Positions 26,205 through 39,300 of a stretch of DNA of 64,000 nt are shown here, piece after piece. The notes under the pieces were generated by a model. That model was not told where the DNA came from and made no database searches. It saw nothing but the letters and a program-made list of their open reading frames with translations. The stretch is from Enoplolaimus lenunculus (Eukaryota), in assembly GCA_030248215.1 (NCBI GenBank), contig JASANG010002792.1:124001-188000 (forward strand), in the 5' to 3' direction. Each line of letters begins with the position of its first letter. Positions within the stretch are counted from its first letter, which is position 1. The translations under genes and the position numbers were made by a program.

Positions 26205-28823
26205 GCTTGAAGTACTTCGTAAATAATAAAATGATCTAAAAACGAACCTATGTAACTAGAAATATCACGCATCTACACACAGGACATTCACATGACTATA
26301 ATAACAATTTTTCAAAGACAAAGTTTTCAATGCATACATACGTACGTATTTAAATGATTATGAATAGTGTGCCACGAAACCGTACAATTCCGGCGTCACG
26401 GCTTGTTTCCCATATGCCAATTCCCCTGTATAACTTTACCCGGTTCAATTACGATACCCCAGATAATCCTTCTCAGATCGTTGGTTTCAAACTTTTCAGG
26501 TAGGTACCTACATGGGCAACTGGGTGCGAAATTCTGGCCACTACGGCATTTGTTTCCACAACAATTTTTATGTATTCTAAAAAGAATCCCAGGGAAGTGA
26601 CGGTAACTATCTAAAATTTCGATCCGCAACACTAGGAGGGCGCCATGGTTTCAATGGAAAAACATTTACCTCAATCACCGGGGAGAAAATCAGTACGAAT
26701 TTGTAATGAGTGCTTAAAATGTAAATTGCTGTAAAATGGTCTGGGAATTGTGACAATTCCACTTAGGGTATCTACTACAGATGTCAACCAAAAAACCACG
26801 GGGTATGAAATGTAGAGATTTTCAACTACAACGGAAATTTCTAGGCTACTTTTTACGAATATAATTTTGCGCATGTTATAGTTGCGCTATACTTTATAGC
26901 GCTGGACGCCACCGAAAGCCGATATGCGTTGCTAACAAAAATATAAAAAAATGTATTTGGTGGCGTGAGACAATTAACAAATTTTAGCGTGGCGCGCGCC
27001 GCAGCGACCCACTGCGCACGGTGAGTATAGCACAAACCCTAATTGCTAATTTTGGGTACTGCGACATACAGCTAGCTACGGCGTTGTCGCGGCTATAGCC
27101 AGACTTCAAAAATCAAAACAAAGACTTTATTGCTTTGCCTGAACAAACTATTTTAAAGTAATTGTATATCCAGTATTTAGGCAGCTAAATTTGTGCCGTT
27201 TCAATAGCGGACGCGACTTGCAATTGTTGTGTAATACAATATTAATTACATTTGTTTGAAGCTTCGTTTTGTTTCTTGCGAAGATCGTTTATAGGTAAAG
27301 CTAAAAAAACTTACGCTGATTTGTTTTTTGTTTCTGTAGATTTATCATCATGCAATGTATGACTTCATCAAAACATATCTTCTTGACTAGCGTAATTTTA
27401 GGCATTACTAATTTTTTTCAATAATGTCGTCGTTTTATAACGATTTTTCTTCTTGCTAACTGGGTTTTTATTTTTCTCTAGACTGGCTTTTATTCCTCTA
27501 AAGGTATAAATGGAAATGTAAAACTTGCAACATTCCACGTGATAACCATAGCTAGTATTCCAACTTTGGTAAGTACATTCACAAAGGCAAGGTTTTGCAG
27601 CAAGAAATCGCAACTGCAACTTGCACGAAATACTTGCAGCAGCAAGTATTTTCAAAGGAACATTTCGATTGACCAATCAAACTGCAGGTGCAAGAAATTC
27701 AAGCGACTTGCAACTGCGTTCTTAGGTGCGAATTAAATTAAATAGCATGGATTCCAGTGAATAATTTGCAGCTGCAAGAAATTCAAAGATGCTTTCTGAC
27801 AAAACTTGCCCATGCAAGTTGCACGTGTAAGTTTTTGCTGGTTTATATCGGAATTGGAACAGCAAATTTATATCGTAATCGGAACTAGAAATTTTGTGAC
27901 TGTGTGTATTTTTTATTGGCACATATAATAAACTAGGGTATATATCTGTTGGCTGGCAACATTTTTCAAAAACGTGGCATGAACAAATTGGTGATGATTT
28001 TTTTTGTAAAGCTAAACAACAATCAATTATTGATAAGTTAACTCATCGAAAGCAATTTGAAATGATATAGTATTTTAATGCAACGTATAACAAGTAGGAT
28101 TAAAATTAAGATTTCAAAATTCCGATTGGAATCGGAATTGTATGTAATTGGAATGGGAATTCCGGTTGCACCCTCAGGTCTTGGACTCGGTTTTTAACCG
28201 ACGCCGCCCATCCCTGCTCAGTTCAGTGGGACCACCATGGCAGAACTGCACGGTTGGGACACACCCTTTCTCGGAACCGAAGTACTGCGAATATACATAA
28301 TTTTTCCCCTTAATTTCACATATACATATGGCCGCGCCTTCCTGGTTGCTAGTTAGCTCTCCCTGAGAAGGTAGCGACAAAATTTATTTATCATAAAACA
28401 GTAAAAAATTGTTTATTAATTTTCACCGCTTTCGCGCCCCAAAATACCTCCAGTTTTCTTAAATAACCATAAAACTGCAAAAGAATGTCCGATCTCTCAC
28501 ATTACTATCCTAATAAGCTGAAGCTAATTACGTACGTAATCTCTTTAGCTCTATGACCAATTGATCTGTTGTGACGTGTGTATGGATATGAATTTTCAAA
28601 AATGTATGGATTATTTATATGCAGAATTTATGTATTCACAGTCAAATGAGAAAAGTGTTTTACTCTTGTTATACCGGGCGGTATTTAGATATTTAAGCAT
28701 GATTTTTTATTGCATATCTTGCTGCTAGACTGCATTCATACTGTGTGATACGGATAATATTCAAATTTATTATATTATTTGTTTGTACACGGAACGGTTA
28801 CGCGGTAATATATAATTGGTGCA

Positions 28824-30466
28824 ATGTCGGACTTTGATCGTGTAACGTTGGTGAAACACGAAGTATTCGTTTATCGCATTCCGCCGCTTCAAGCGAACAA
28901 AGCGATTCGTGCCGCTGATTGGAAACTCGATGCTCCGGATTGGATCGGACGTATGCGTGTGATTGTTAACGGCGTTCATCTGGTGCTCAAGTTAGAAGAT
29001 AAGGGCTCTGGTAAGCTTTCCTTATTTTTGGATAAATAGAGTATATATTCTTATTAGTAAACTAGCAAAAACGTACCAATTTGGCCAGAGCTGGAATTTG
29101 ATAAAACCGTACTGTACCATAGTAATTTTATTTACTGTCGCTTCAGAATCTGTCAGCCGAAAAGTGCTCTTATATGGCGTGTTGCACAACGTTTTATATG
29201 AAGCGATTGTGTCGTATCGTGTTATTAAGTGTTGAAGCGATTGTGTCGTAAACGTGTTATTAAGTGCTCTTCGTTGCTGAGATTTCTTCTAAAATTAATA
29301 CTGAATTATTTTTAGTGGGGATGGAACAACCGAATTTCCGACTCCGTTAAAACAATAATTAATATATACATACTACACTAGAGTAAATTAAATATGACTT
29401 TGCCGGGGTCGAATATTGAAATATATGGGTTTAGTATTTTTATTATCCGGTTGCACCATCATTTCTATGCTTGTACGGGATTTTAAATTATTGTGTGGTT
29501 GATTTTATAGGAGAATTATTTGCAAAAGCTCCGATTGACAAATATCCAGGTGTCGCAATACAGCCAGTTGTCGATTCGTCACGCTATTTTGTTGTTCGCC
29601 TTCAAGATGATAACGGCCGTAATGCGTTTATTGGCCTGGGATTTGCGGATCGCGGGGACGCGTTTGATTTAAACGTTGCACTTCAAGATCATTTTAAAGA
29701 TGTTGCGCGCAGTGTTGCAGCTGCGAATGATTCTAATTCCGTAATCACAGATGTCACTAACCAACCGAAACTTGATTTAGCGTTTAAATCGGGACAAACT
29801 ATCAAGTTGAATATTGGTAAGATAGGAACGTTAGAAGGTACCACTGAGGGCGGTGGTACTAGTGCTGGTGCTGCAGCTGGCCGACCTCGATCCAGAGGTG
29901 CTACAGCTGGAGCAGGGGCAGCAGGTGGGCCAGTTCCGTTCCTGCCGCCCCCGCCGTCGAGTGGTAGCCGCGTGACGCCAAAATCAGGCAAGCATGTGAC
30001 TCCAGTGCTCGATCCAGGGCGGTCCCCAACGCTAAACACAAGCGATCCAGCAGAATCGTTAGCAAATTATGGTGATGCGGTGGTGAAACCTTCGCCGAAC
30101 AATCCGTTTTTGTGTGGTTCTACTTCTAATAATAATAATAATAGTAATGGACCAGTGGCTGAAAATGAAAGGGTGAACCAAAATTCCATAATGGGTCAAG
30201 GTAATACCCAACTAGGTGCTGAGCGGTATGTAGCTAACGGCGCAAATGTGGCCAATGACAATAACTCAAGCGTAAATAGTAATCCCTTTTTGGATACATC
30301 AGGGATCTCTGGAAGTGATTCTTTATCGCATGGTATTAGTGGACTTCAAGTGTCCGAAACGCGATATGATACAATGAACCAGCATGCAACGTCAGGTGGC
30401 TCTAGTAATGTAAGCAGTAGCATAGCTGAAACTGTACCCGTTGCGAATTTATTAGATCTTATGTAG
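28824..30466 (+). CDS. NECAP: Adaptin ear-binding coat-associated protein (NECAP), 2 exons
   Basis: Exons 28824-29010 and 29511-30466. PHear-domain motifs [57 protein letters not shown], followed by [18 protein letters not shown]. Confidence 0.95.
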
Positions 30467-31968
30467 TATCATTTAAGTTGTGACCGTGCTTCACGTTTTG
30501 GAAGTTGATCCGTGCGGCCTTGTGCAAAAAACGTGCGAGTGAACTGTGAGAACTACCATTTAAGATTCGTTTGGGCATTTATACCAGTGTTTTTGCGTAC
30601 GGGGTAAGTTTAGCGTGTCGTTTTTCACTTATTGCCAATGTGGGATGAGTTTAGTGACACGCAAAACTTCACTAACTGATGCTAAGCCAACATTTTAAGG
30701 CAACATACTTTTTGTTTATAACAATATATTACCTGCATTGGTGGCAAAGTTATTGCGAGTGGCACTTTAAAGTTATTGTGTGTATGGCACTTGCACATTT
30801 CCCCGCATTTATGCTTAAGCTTAGCAAAAGGCTTGCTCTAAGCCTTAACCTTAAATGTGTGGTAAGAGTACAAAAAACCGGGAGAAAAAATTAAAAGTTT
30901 CATCCGATGGCGATGATATGCAAAGTGTCTGGCATTATATTGGTACACTCCATTAGCAATACTCACTTATATAATATTATTTATCGAGTTTGAACATTAT
31001 TATATATTATTCGTGTTCCTTCGCGATTCATGTAATCAGCCCAAATGACTCCGTTTTTTAGTAAATCCGTTGCGTACCTTATCCAGTTATGCCATTTATG
31101 TTTTGCACAATCGTATATATCGCTTACGGAACATGTAGAATGCATGTCCATTGTAAACGAATAATGTGTTTTGATGGGTAAAATGTGCAAAATTTATAAA
31201 AAAACTTTGAAGCTTGTTGCAGAAATTAAAACCAATGTACCTGTTGACTTTTATGTATAGTCGGTTCGGTTTTTGTTTGAATATTTAGGCAAAGAAACTT
31301 GGTGCGTAAACAAGATCACTGAATTTTTTATTTTCGTTGTTTTTATGTAATAGTTATCAACAATCCAAAATATGTCTGTTTGATTCGTTGTATGTACAAC
31401 TGACTTGTAGCAAACGCCTGGTGTGGACAGCGCAAAAGATGGTTCGAAAATATTCTCTGCAGACCCACAAGCAAGCTTATTGTGATTTTTGTTTCGTGTT
31501 TTTCCGCGTACTTAGTTTATGTGTCACTTCCGGCAGATACGCTGTCATCGCTGTGTATTTAGGTTGGCAGAAATCTTTATTTTCAGACGAAAGTATTTTA
31601 CAAATTGCTATCTATCAGCTGCACGTTACCTTGTTGATCATACAGCTATATCATTATTTGCATAATCGATATCAGTGTACTGTACCCCTAATATAATAAT
31701 ACCGCCAGTAAATATCAAAATGTTTTTAGTATTACATGAGCAACTACACTCGTTTATCATATTGCAGTTGCAAGTAAAGGTTGTGCTTGCAGCATGCAGA
31801 AGTAAATTGTCCATCTTGTTGTGAACGAAAGGGATGTCGATTAGAAGCGTATGCGCACATACAAGATATTGCAGTGATAATTTGCACGTACAGCTTTGCG
31901 CCCAGGATTTCCAACTGCAGGTTTTCGCAATCATAGGCATTAACGATATTGTCGCGAAAAGTTTGCAT

Positions 31969-32040
31969 GACTTCGTAGCTCAGTGGTTCGAGCAGCGGAC
32001 CGGTACTCCGTATATCGTGGTTCGAGCCCCACCGCATCTG
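31969..32040 (+). repeat. tRNA-derived SINE head or tRNA pseudogene
   Basis: A box TAGCTCAGTGG and B box GGTTCGAGCCC. D and anticodon stems pair, but the acceptor stem does not. Confidence 0.55.
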
Positions 32041-33363
32041 TATCAAATTTTTCGTCCAGGGCTCTATGTATCAAGCTGCTTCTCTTAAGATTTCATAAAT
32101 GATTTGCAGCACACTGGATATATGAACGAATTGCACCGTGATACCTCGAAGTTTCTGCCAATGTTACTCTAAAGGCTGATCCATTGTCCTGTTACATCAA
32201 TGTACCAATAATATACACAAATATAAGTGGAACAGTGGGGTCAACGTGCAACAGTCGGGAAAGGGGCAGCTTTGGGACAGGGGTGAAAAGTGGAGCATAT
32301 ATAGGCGTAGGTATAGCCTCTACATTCTTACACTTTGATCCACCACAAGCTCAGCAGACCCTAAGCAGGATGTGGGGCTGTCGCTTTTCAAATCCACACA
32401 CTAAGTACTTTCAATCTTTATTTGTGACATTCGATACATTATAGGGGACTACAAAAGTTTCGCAATGAGGTCAGGCACGTACAGGGGTCTGCACATGTGA
32501 ACCAAATCCGCAACTACAGCATACAACAGGGTACAACCGAATGTGAAAAATACCGGAGCCTGAGCCGTAGGTCAGCAAAACTTGCCGGAGCCGGAGGTGA
32601 GGCGAAATTATGTAATCTGGATGATGGTTAATTAGTCAAGTTTAGCCAATATCTGCACTATGTTATATTAACTTGTTTGGTTTTACGTTATTTTCCTGCG
32701 AAACTTTGGTAATCCTTTCCTGAAAATTGTGACAAAAGTAAAACGAAACGCGTTAAACGGATAAATTATACAAAATTACGCAAAACTTGACTACCGAAAT
32801 TGCCGGAACCTCTGGCAAAGATTCTACCGGAGCCGGACGCCAATTTTCTGCCGGAGCCGGAGGCAGACCTCCTGTTATACTCTGGCATACAAGTTATTGC
32901 TGCAAAATGTTGGGCTATAGTTTGCTTTTTTACCGCCCACAGGATAAGCTTAATAGGTTTGCGGAAATGTTTGCCTATAAAAAGCGTTTGCCAAAAAAGT
33001 CTGCCTAAAGCTAAAGTCTCAATTTATTATGTGGAGGAAACTGTATGCAAGAACCGACTCTTGCAAATATGGATGGTGGTGTGAATTTGACATCACAGAA
33101 CATTGCTGGCTCTCGTGTCAAACTCATAGAATTTATCGAATATTTTTGCAATGTCAAGAATTGTTTACATTTCATAGCTTACTTGTTGTTTGTTTTTAAA
33201 TGATTTTGCTCGATTCATGTTCGTTTTTGTGCCGAACACATCGCCGCTAAAGCTGTTACCTGAAATATGTAATGCCACAATTCTTTCATAGAATCTTTAT
33301 GCTTTTTTTATTTTATGCGTGAAACTGCACTTGTTTCTGATTTACTGTTGTACTTGGGTAGAA

Positions 33364-36300
33364 ATGGTCTCTATACTAACGAAAGAACCAGACAGTGTGG
33401 ACCCTAACTTCAAAGCCGTCACGAACTCAAATTCAAGTGAATCGCTATCCACGCCCTCCGATTCTTGTGACGGTAAAAATATCAGGGTACAACAGGGAGT
33501 TCTGCCTCCGGTGAACAATTCGATCTCTGGTTTCGATGAAATTTTTACCGGAGATTCCGGCAATTTTGGTAGCAAAATTTTTCATGGTTTTACAACAAAA
33601 TTGCATCGTTTGGTGCGTTGGCCTTTTAGTTTTGGTATACAATTTTTAGGAATAAAATATTATAGGGATTTCGGCCCATGTTACTTTAAGGGGCGTCCAG
33701 GTTTCTTGTGGCTCTTATATATTGAGGTGCTGGATGGAATGGGAATGGTTTTAAAATGCAAACGTTAAGCTTTCGTTGCTATTTTTGAATTTACAAGGTC
33801 AGATGTGTATGTAAGTCTAGAGGTGTGGAAGTCCCACGACCAACTGCACGCACAGTTGCCACAAACCTCAATTTATATCTTTCTTATGCATGAATACTTA
33901 TTTTCTGTTTCATATTAACACCAGTTTCAAGCAATAGGATTGTAACACCGCAGATTAAATCGGTGGCGTTTACCATTACCACTCAAGTTATGAGAGCTTA
34001 ACGCTCGAGCCTGAGAGAGAGTTCTCACGACTTGTGGAAGATTTAGTACTGCGTATGTGTGAAGCAACATTAACGGTGCATTGTGCATTATTCGCACCTT
34101 CACCTCATCGAGGTCACGTTTATAGATCTGAGGTGTAAGTGGTTAAAAAAATTTCTATCCGGCGCTGCGCTTTACCGCAGAAATATTATTTTTGTACCCG
34201 GGGTATACACGGAATAAATTGTTTTTCCCGCTACCCGCCTTTACCTGCCCTTATTTCCTCTATTGATAACTTTTATTATAAATGTCGTGCCCCATACAGG
34301 TATTCGCCTCAGTTGGCAATAGGGACGTCCCAACCGACAATACTGGTATGCAGGCTAATTTGATTGGTTGTTCAGGTTAAGTATATTCAAGAATACTGAC
34401 TTGCACAGTAATTCTTTGTCTTCACCGTGAAGAATTTCAATTACAGAGGTGCAATTTGATTGGCTAATCAAAACAACGGTATAAAAAACATTACCCACAC
34501 TTTGCATTCGATTAAACATTGCGGCACACGCTCACAAAGCTTGGTTTGTATACTATACAAACTTTGTTTAATTTACACATTGCAAACATGGTAAAGCTGC
34601 AAGTCAGTTTTCTCGAACACATTCAATCCTGAACAACCAATCACAAACCGCATTCCAGCAGCCGCTTGGTCAGTACAATCATCCAATCAAAAGCCGTTTG
34701 TATTTCAGAAGTTGTCTATGCTGCCTCGAACAGCAGTTATCATTTGGGAAGTCCCAGTTGCCAACTGAGACAAATAGTTGTTTGGGGCACGACATAGACA
34801 CTAAAATTAAAAAATTTTCCGTTTCGAACTGCAACAACTGAACAGATATCTGGTTCCATAAAAATCGGATTAAACGTGGTGTCTTAACACAAAAAATGTA
34901 TTTCAATAGCAACAGTTATAGCACGGTTTTCTGTGTCTCGGGTCCGTAGCCAAGGGGGGCAGGGGGTGCTCAGCCTCCCCTGGAAAAATTTTGGTCCCGC
35001 TAGACGATTTTCGATCTAGCTTGTAAGTCATTGAAAACCCTTCAATGTCCCTCCTAAAAAATTTTTGGGTCCCCTTAGCAAGATGAGCTGGCTGTGGGCG
35101 TGCTGTGTCTGAAGAATTAACATTCACGCCGTAAGATGATCTAAGGATACAGATTGAAGCTGCGAAACGCGCGGCAAGAATTACGTACGATGGTGTCGTT
35201 TAAAACCCATTGAAACCATCGTAAGATATGTTAACAGTATGTTGCTTAGCAGACAACTTGCTAGATTAAATAAAAGCTGATTTAAGCAAAAAATCAATAT
35301 AAAGGCATGCCTTTGCAACCAAGACATTTTCATGGTGGCTTTTGGCTGACACGCAGGTTCTATAAGCGAAGGCGATGACTTATCTTTGATCCAAGGCGCA
35401 TCGCTTACTGAAGTTAATCCACGCAAAGTGGACAATCGTACCATTTACAATGGTATTTGGGACGACCTGCCGTTAATTGCAACGATCGAAAATTCCAAAA
35501 CAAATCAGAAAATCGTAATAGGATCACTGATATGTGAACAACTCAGCAAATTGAACAAGCATTTAACGATTCTCAAGCGCCAGTTAGCTTTGAAGCAGGT
35601 GAAAGTAAGCGAATAAACATTTCTATTGCTCAAAACAATTTAATCTATATTATTAAAGCTAAAGCGTCGAGAATACGTTCGGATATACTTCGAGCAAACT
35701 TTTTTGTGTTTTCATTCTGTTCTGGTATAAAATTGTGCCAAATTCACTAAGTATAAATGTAAGATTCGTGTTTATTGTGTTGGAGATACGAATTTTAGCG
35801 CATTAGGCTCTTTAATATGAATGGTGAACAAATCAATACAGCACCAATCTGGCATGCCAGTCCGTGCAGCGAAAACTCGCACATGTAACTTGCATGGTAT
35901 TGGTGTTGTTGGTATTGTGCTAAAAACTACTCACTATTGTTAAACCTGACGGCAATCTTAAACATAATTGCGTAAACCTAAAGACTAATCCTAAACCTAA
36001 TGCGCGAAAACCCAAAAGTTTCAAAATAAAACGTCGAAAAAAGGGTACACAAGAACCAAACAAACGCTAGTTTTTCGACGGTAGTTTTTTTTTGCTGCTA
36101 AATTTTACTGCAGCTTCCATTTTCACCGCGAAGCCTTGAAATTTGTTTGGATTGGCTAACTTGCATTCTCAATCCGGACTCAGCGTGTTACCATGGTGAC
36201 GGTTGGGATGCAACGCTTCGCAAAGACTTCCCTTCCGAGTCACTGTTTGAACTGTGGTTTACTGCGGATCGGCTTGGAATTACGGCGTTTGCGAATATTG

Positions 36301-39300
36301 TGAAGAGTGTTATGGTCGAAAAAGTAAGACTAATTTGGGTCATTTTTACATTTTGTCAATCTTTTATTGCTAAGGTTTAGGCAATTGGCTTGAGCGTTTT
36401 AGGCTTAGGCATTAGGCATAGTCAGCTCTTTGGCTTAAGCTGAGTTGTTCTTCATGTAGCTTTGGCCACGGCAGAAAATCACACACATATCGATTAGCAA
36501 TATATTAACCGCTGGAAGCTGTTGTCTGGTAAAATATGAGTATCTGTGTTTTGGTTTAGCCATTCTTATTCAAGTAACGTCGTCGGCTGTGGCTTTCTCT
36601 TGTACGTTTTTTCACCGACAAACTTAAGCCTTTACGCCTAAGAATAATCCTAACCATAAGAAGAAACAGCGTAATGTCAAAGTTTATTCCTAAACCTAGT
36701 TGTTGGTACTATACGGTCTGCACGACTCCTGTTTGAAGTTTTGCCATAGTTAATGACCACGCCGAGAATCGAACCTCGGCCCTCTTGTGATCGAGCCAAG
36801 CATGCTACCACTACACTACGCGGTCATTGCAACCACTTTTTATACCGGCATATGTGCACAGGCATGGCAACATTTGCTTTACATATACCGACACTAGTCA
36901 CCACGGTGCAACTGGAATTATATATTACCGGAACCCGAGCCGAAACTGGAAACAATGCTTGTTACCGAACAATTTATTTCAAAGATATTACGCCGCTTTC
37001 CATGGGAAAATAGTTTAATTATTATAAGCGATGCGAATACTTGTGTTGCCAACATAGAAGTTAACTCAAATACGGGTTCGTAGGAATTTTGATATATACA
37101 CATGATCGTTTTTTCTTGAATTAAATCTTGAAGAAACGGTAAAGCGTTGGTCCCAAACCGTTGCCTGATATACTTATGATGAGATATTTTTTACTTTCTC
37201 TGTACACTCAAACATCATTGAAATTGAAATTCTAATTTATGAAACCCGAAAGTTGTAAGGTACACAAAAAATTGTCTTATATTCAAGAAATGTCTGAAAC
37301 TTAAGGACATATATATGTCTTGAATTTAAGACTTTTTTAAATTTTCAAAAAATTTTCAGACTTGAAAGTGTGAAATTTAAACTTTGTTTCATGAACAGCT
37401 TGGACAAATATTGTTGAAATATAAGGCAAATATTTCTGAAATGTAAGATAAATTTGTCTGAAATATAAGACAACGATTTTTCTGGAAAATGACTCCAAAA
37501 TTCGGGCTAAAACTCAACGAAATTCCCTGTTTTTACAAGCTAAGGTATGTTCAAGACGTAAACTTAGTTTGTGGGAGCCTGAGTTCAACCCGAAATTCCT
37601 TGAAATTTGAATATTTACAGCCCTACTGTAGTGACCCGAATAAGAGGGGGGACTGATATTTATTTCGCCTCACCAGAGGGTACCCCCCAGTTATTCGGTT
37701 ACGGACTGTTGTGTATTTTTAGCCACGCTCCACCACCCTTCGTGACTTATATATAATCCGGTACTGCAACTATCCGTTAAACTAAACGTTTATTTGTCTT
37801 GAGTTATAATAGCTTGAGCGATAATGCAAGGTTATGCTTGGGAATACGTTCAAAACTTAAGTATATACGCATTAAAGTTTCGGACTCAAATCATTTGGTT
37901 CTGGAGTCATTTATGTGCTACAATCAGGGATAAGTGACATTTGTGGACTCTAAATAGAGTTTAAGGACTCTATCCGATTACGGACTCTTATTAGGGATGC
38001 GGACTCCTGTTGATTGGGACTCAACATGGGGACCCCCTCTCTTATTACCCCCCTCTTATTCGAGTCACTACATCAAGCAGGGTTACGCACCGAAAGAAAA
38101 CCAACTGAAAACGGCTCTTTCGGTTTTTCCGTTTTTTCTGAAGGGTGGAAAAAACGGACCAAACGGAAAAAACCTTGAAATCTCAGCAAATCACTCGCAA
38201 AACAGCGAAAAACATCGCAAAAACCGTGAGAAATTGGATTATTTAATCCTACAGTCACCGCTAAGGCTGATTTACTGAAAGGAATCAGTGGCGAATCCAA
38301 GAAGCTCTGAAATTGGGGACCGCACGAGAAGCGAACCAAAAGCTTTATGCCATTTGCTAAACCTTTTAATACAAAATCCCGTTTGGATAATTCAGTAGGA
38401 AAATTAGTGGGATACATGCCTCTTTTAAAGCTCTAGAAAGGCTAGAGAAACACATGCTTACAGGTTCTAAATTCAACGGAACTTTACTAAAGCTACGGTG
38501 ACTCCTCAGAGACAGACGCAGGGTGAGTAGAGTGTGTCTTCTATCAACCCAGCAGTCCTACGGTGCTAAAAGTATGCTATACAAACGATTTCCTATCAAA
38601 TCGGATTTCCAGTTGCATCACTGCTACTATATACTTTTTTATTCTTAAACTGATTGCTTTATCTATTTGAGATTTTTAAGTTTCTCCTTGATGCCAAATT
38701 TATTGCCGATATATGCATCGTTTAGTTTAGAACCTAACTTCTGATTAATTTCACTTTTTATATACAAATTAAACTGCAAATCCTGTTTGAAGATTCTTTG
38801 CCGGACTCAACCCCGGAAGTTTTTGACCACCTTAGCTTGCATATGCACATTATGACACTCTGTAACGTGTGTAGCATGCTTATCATCATGCGTTATCAAA
38901 TGCTGATACTTAATAGTTTGACCCTTCTAATGTCTCTCTTCAATAGACAAATCTTCCATCATCAAAGTTTTAGCGCTTGCGGAACCATTAGCATATTTTC
39001 AATTTTTTCCGTTTTTTTGATTTTTCTAGAAACAAATGCAAAAAGTTTTTTCCGTTGAGCAAACTTTTCCGGAAAAATCCAACCCTGCTGCTAAGAATGT
39101 GAACGGTTTTTTACATGCGTAAAAATCAGAAAATTAGTTTTGAATATATAAAGACAACTGTTTTTGAAAGGAAGTAATATATATATATCTGATATTAAAT
39201 TGGCAACAGGCATTTCTTGAATATAACACATTTATGTTTTAACCATTTTAGACGCAAATTTCTGAGCTGTTTAAGGATATTGATGTCTGAAATACCCCTT

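Noticed and set aside
26205..28823. Bidirectional promoter between divergent PRIM2 and NECAP
   Set aside because: The orientation is head-to-head, but the gap is 2.6 kb with repeat remnants and no identifiable elements, so it cannot be supported from sequence alone.
29198..29266. About 34-bp tandem duplication in the NECAP intron
   Set aside because: Simple local slippage with no sign of function.
34840..34870. IWFHKNR-like string as the missing homeodomain helix 3
   Set aside because: Wrong strand relative to the homeobox exon and a poor match.
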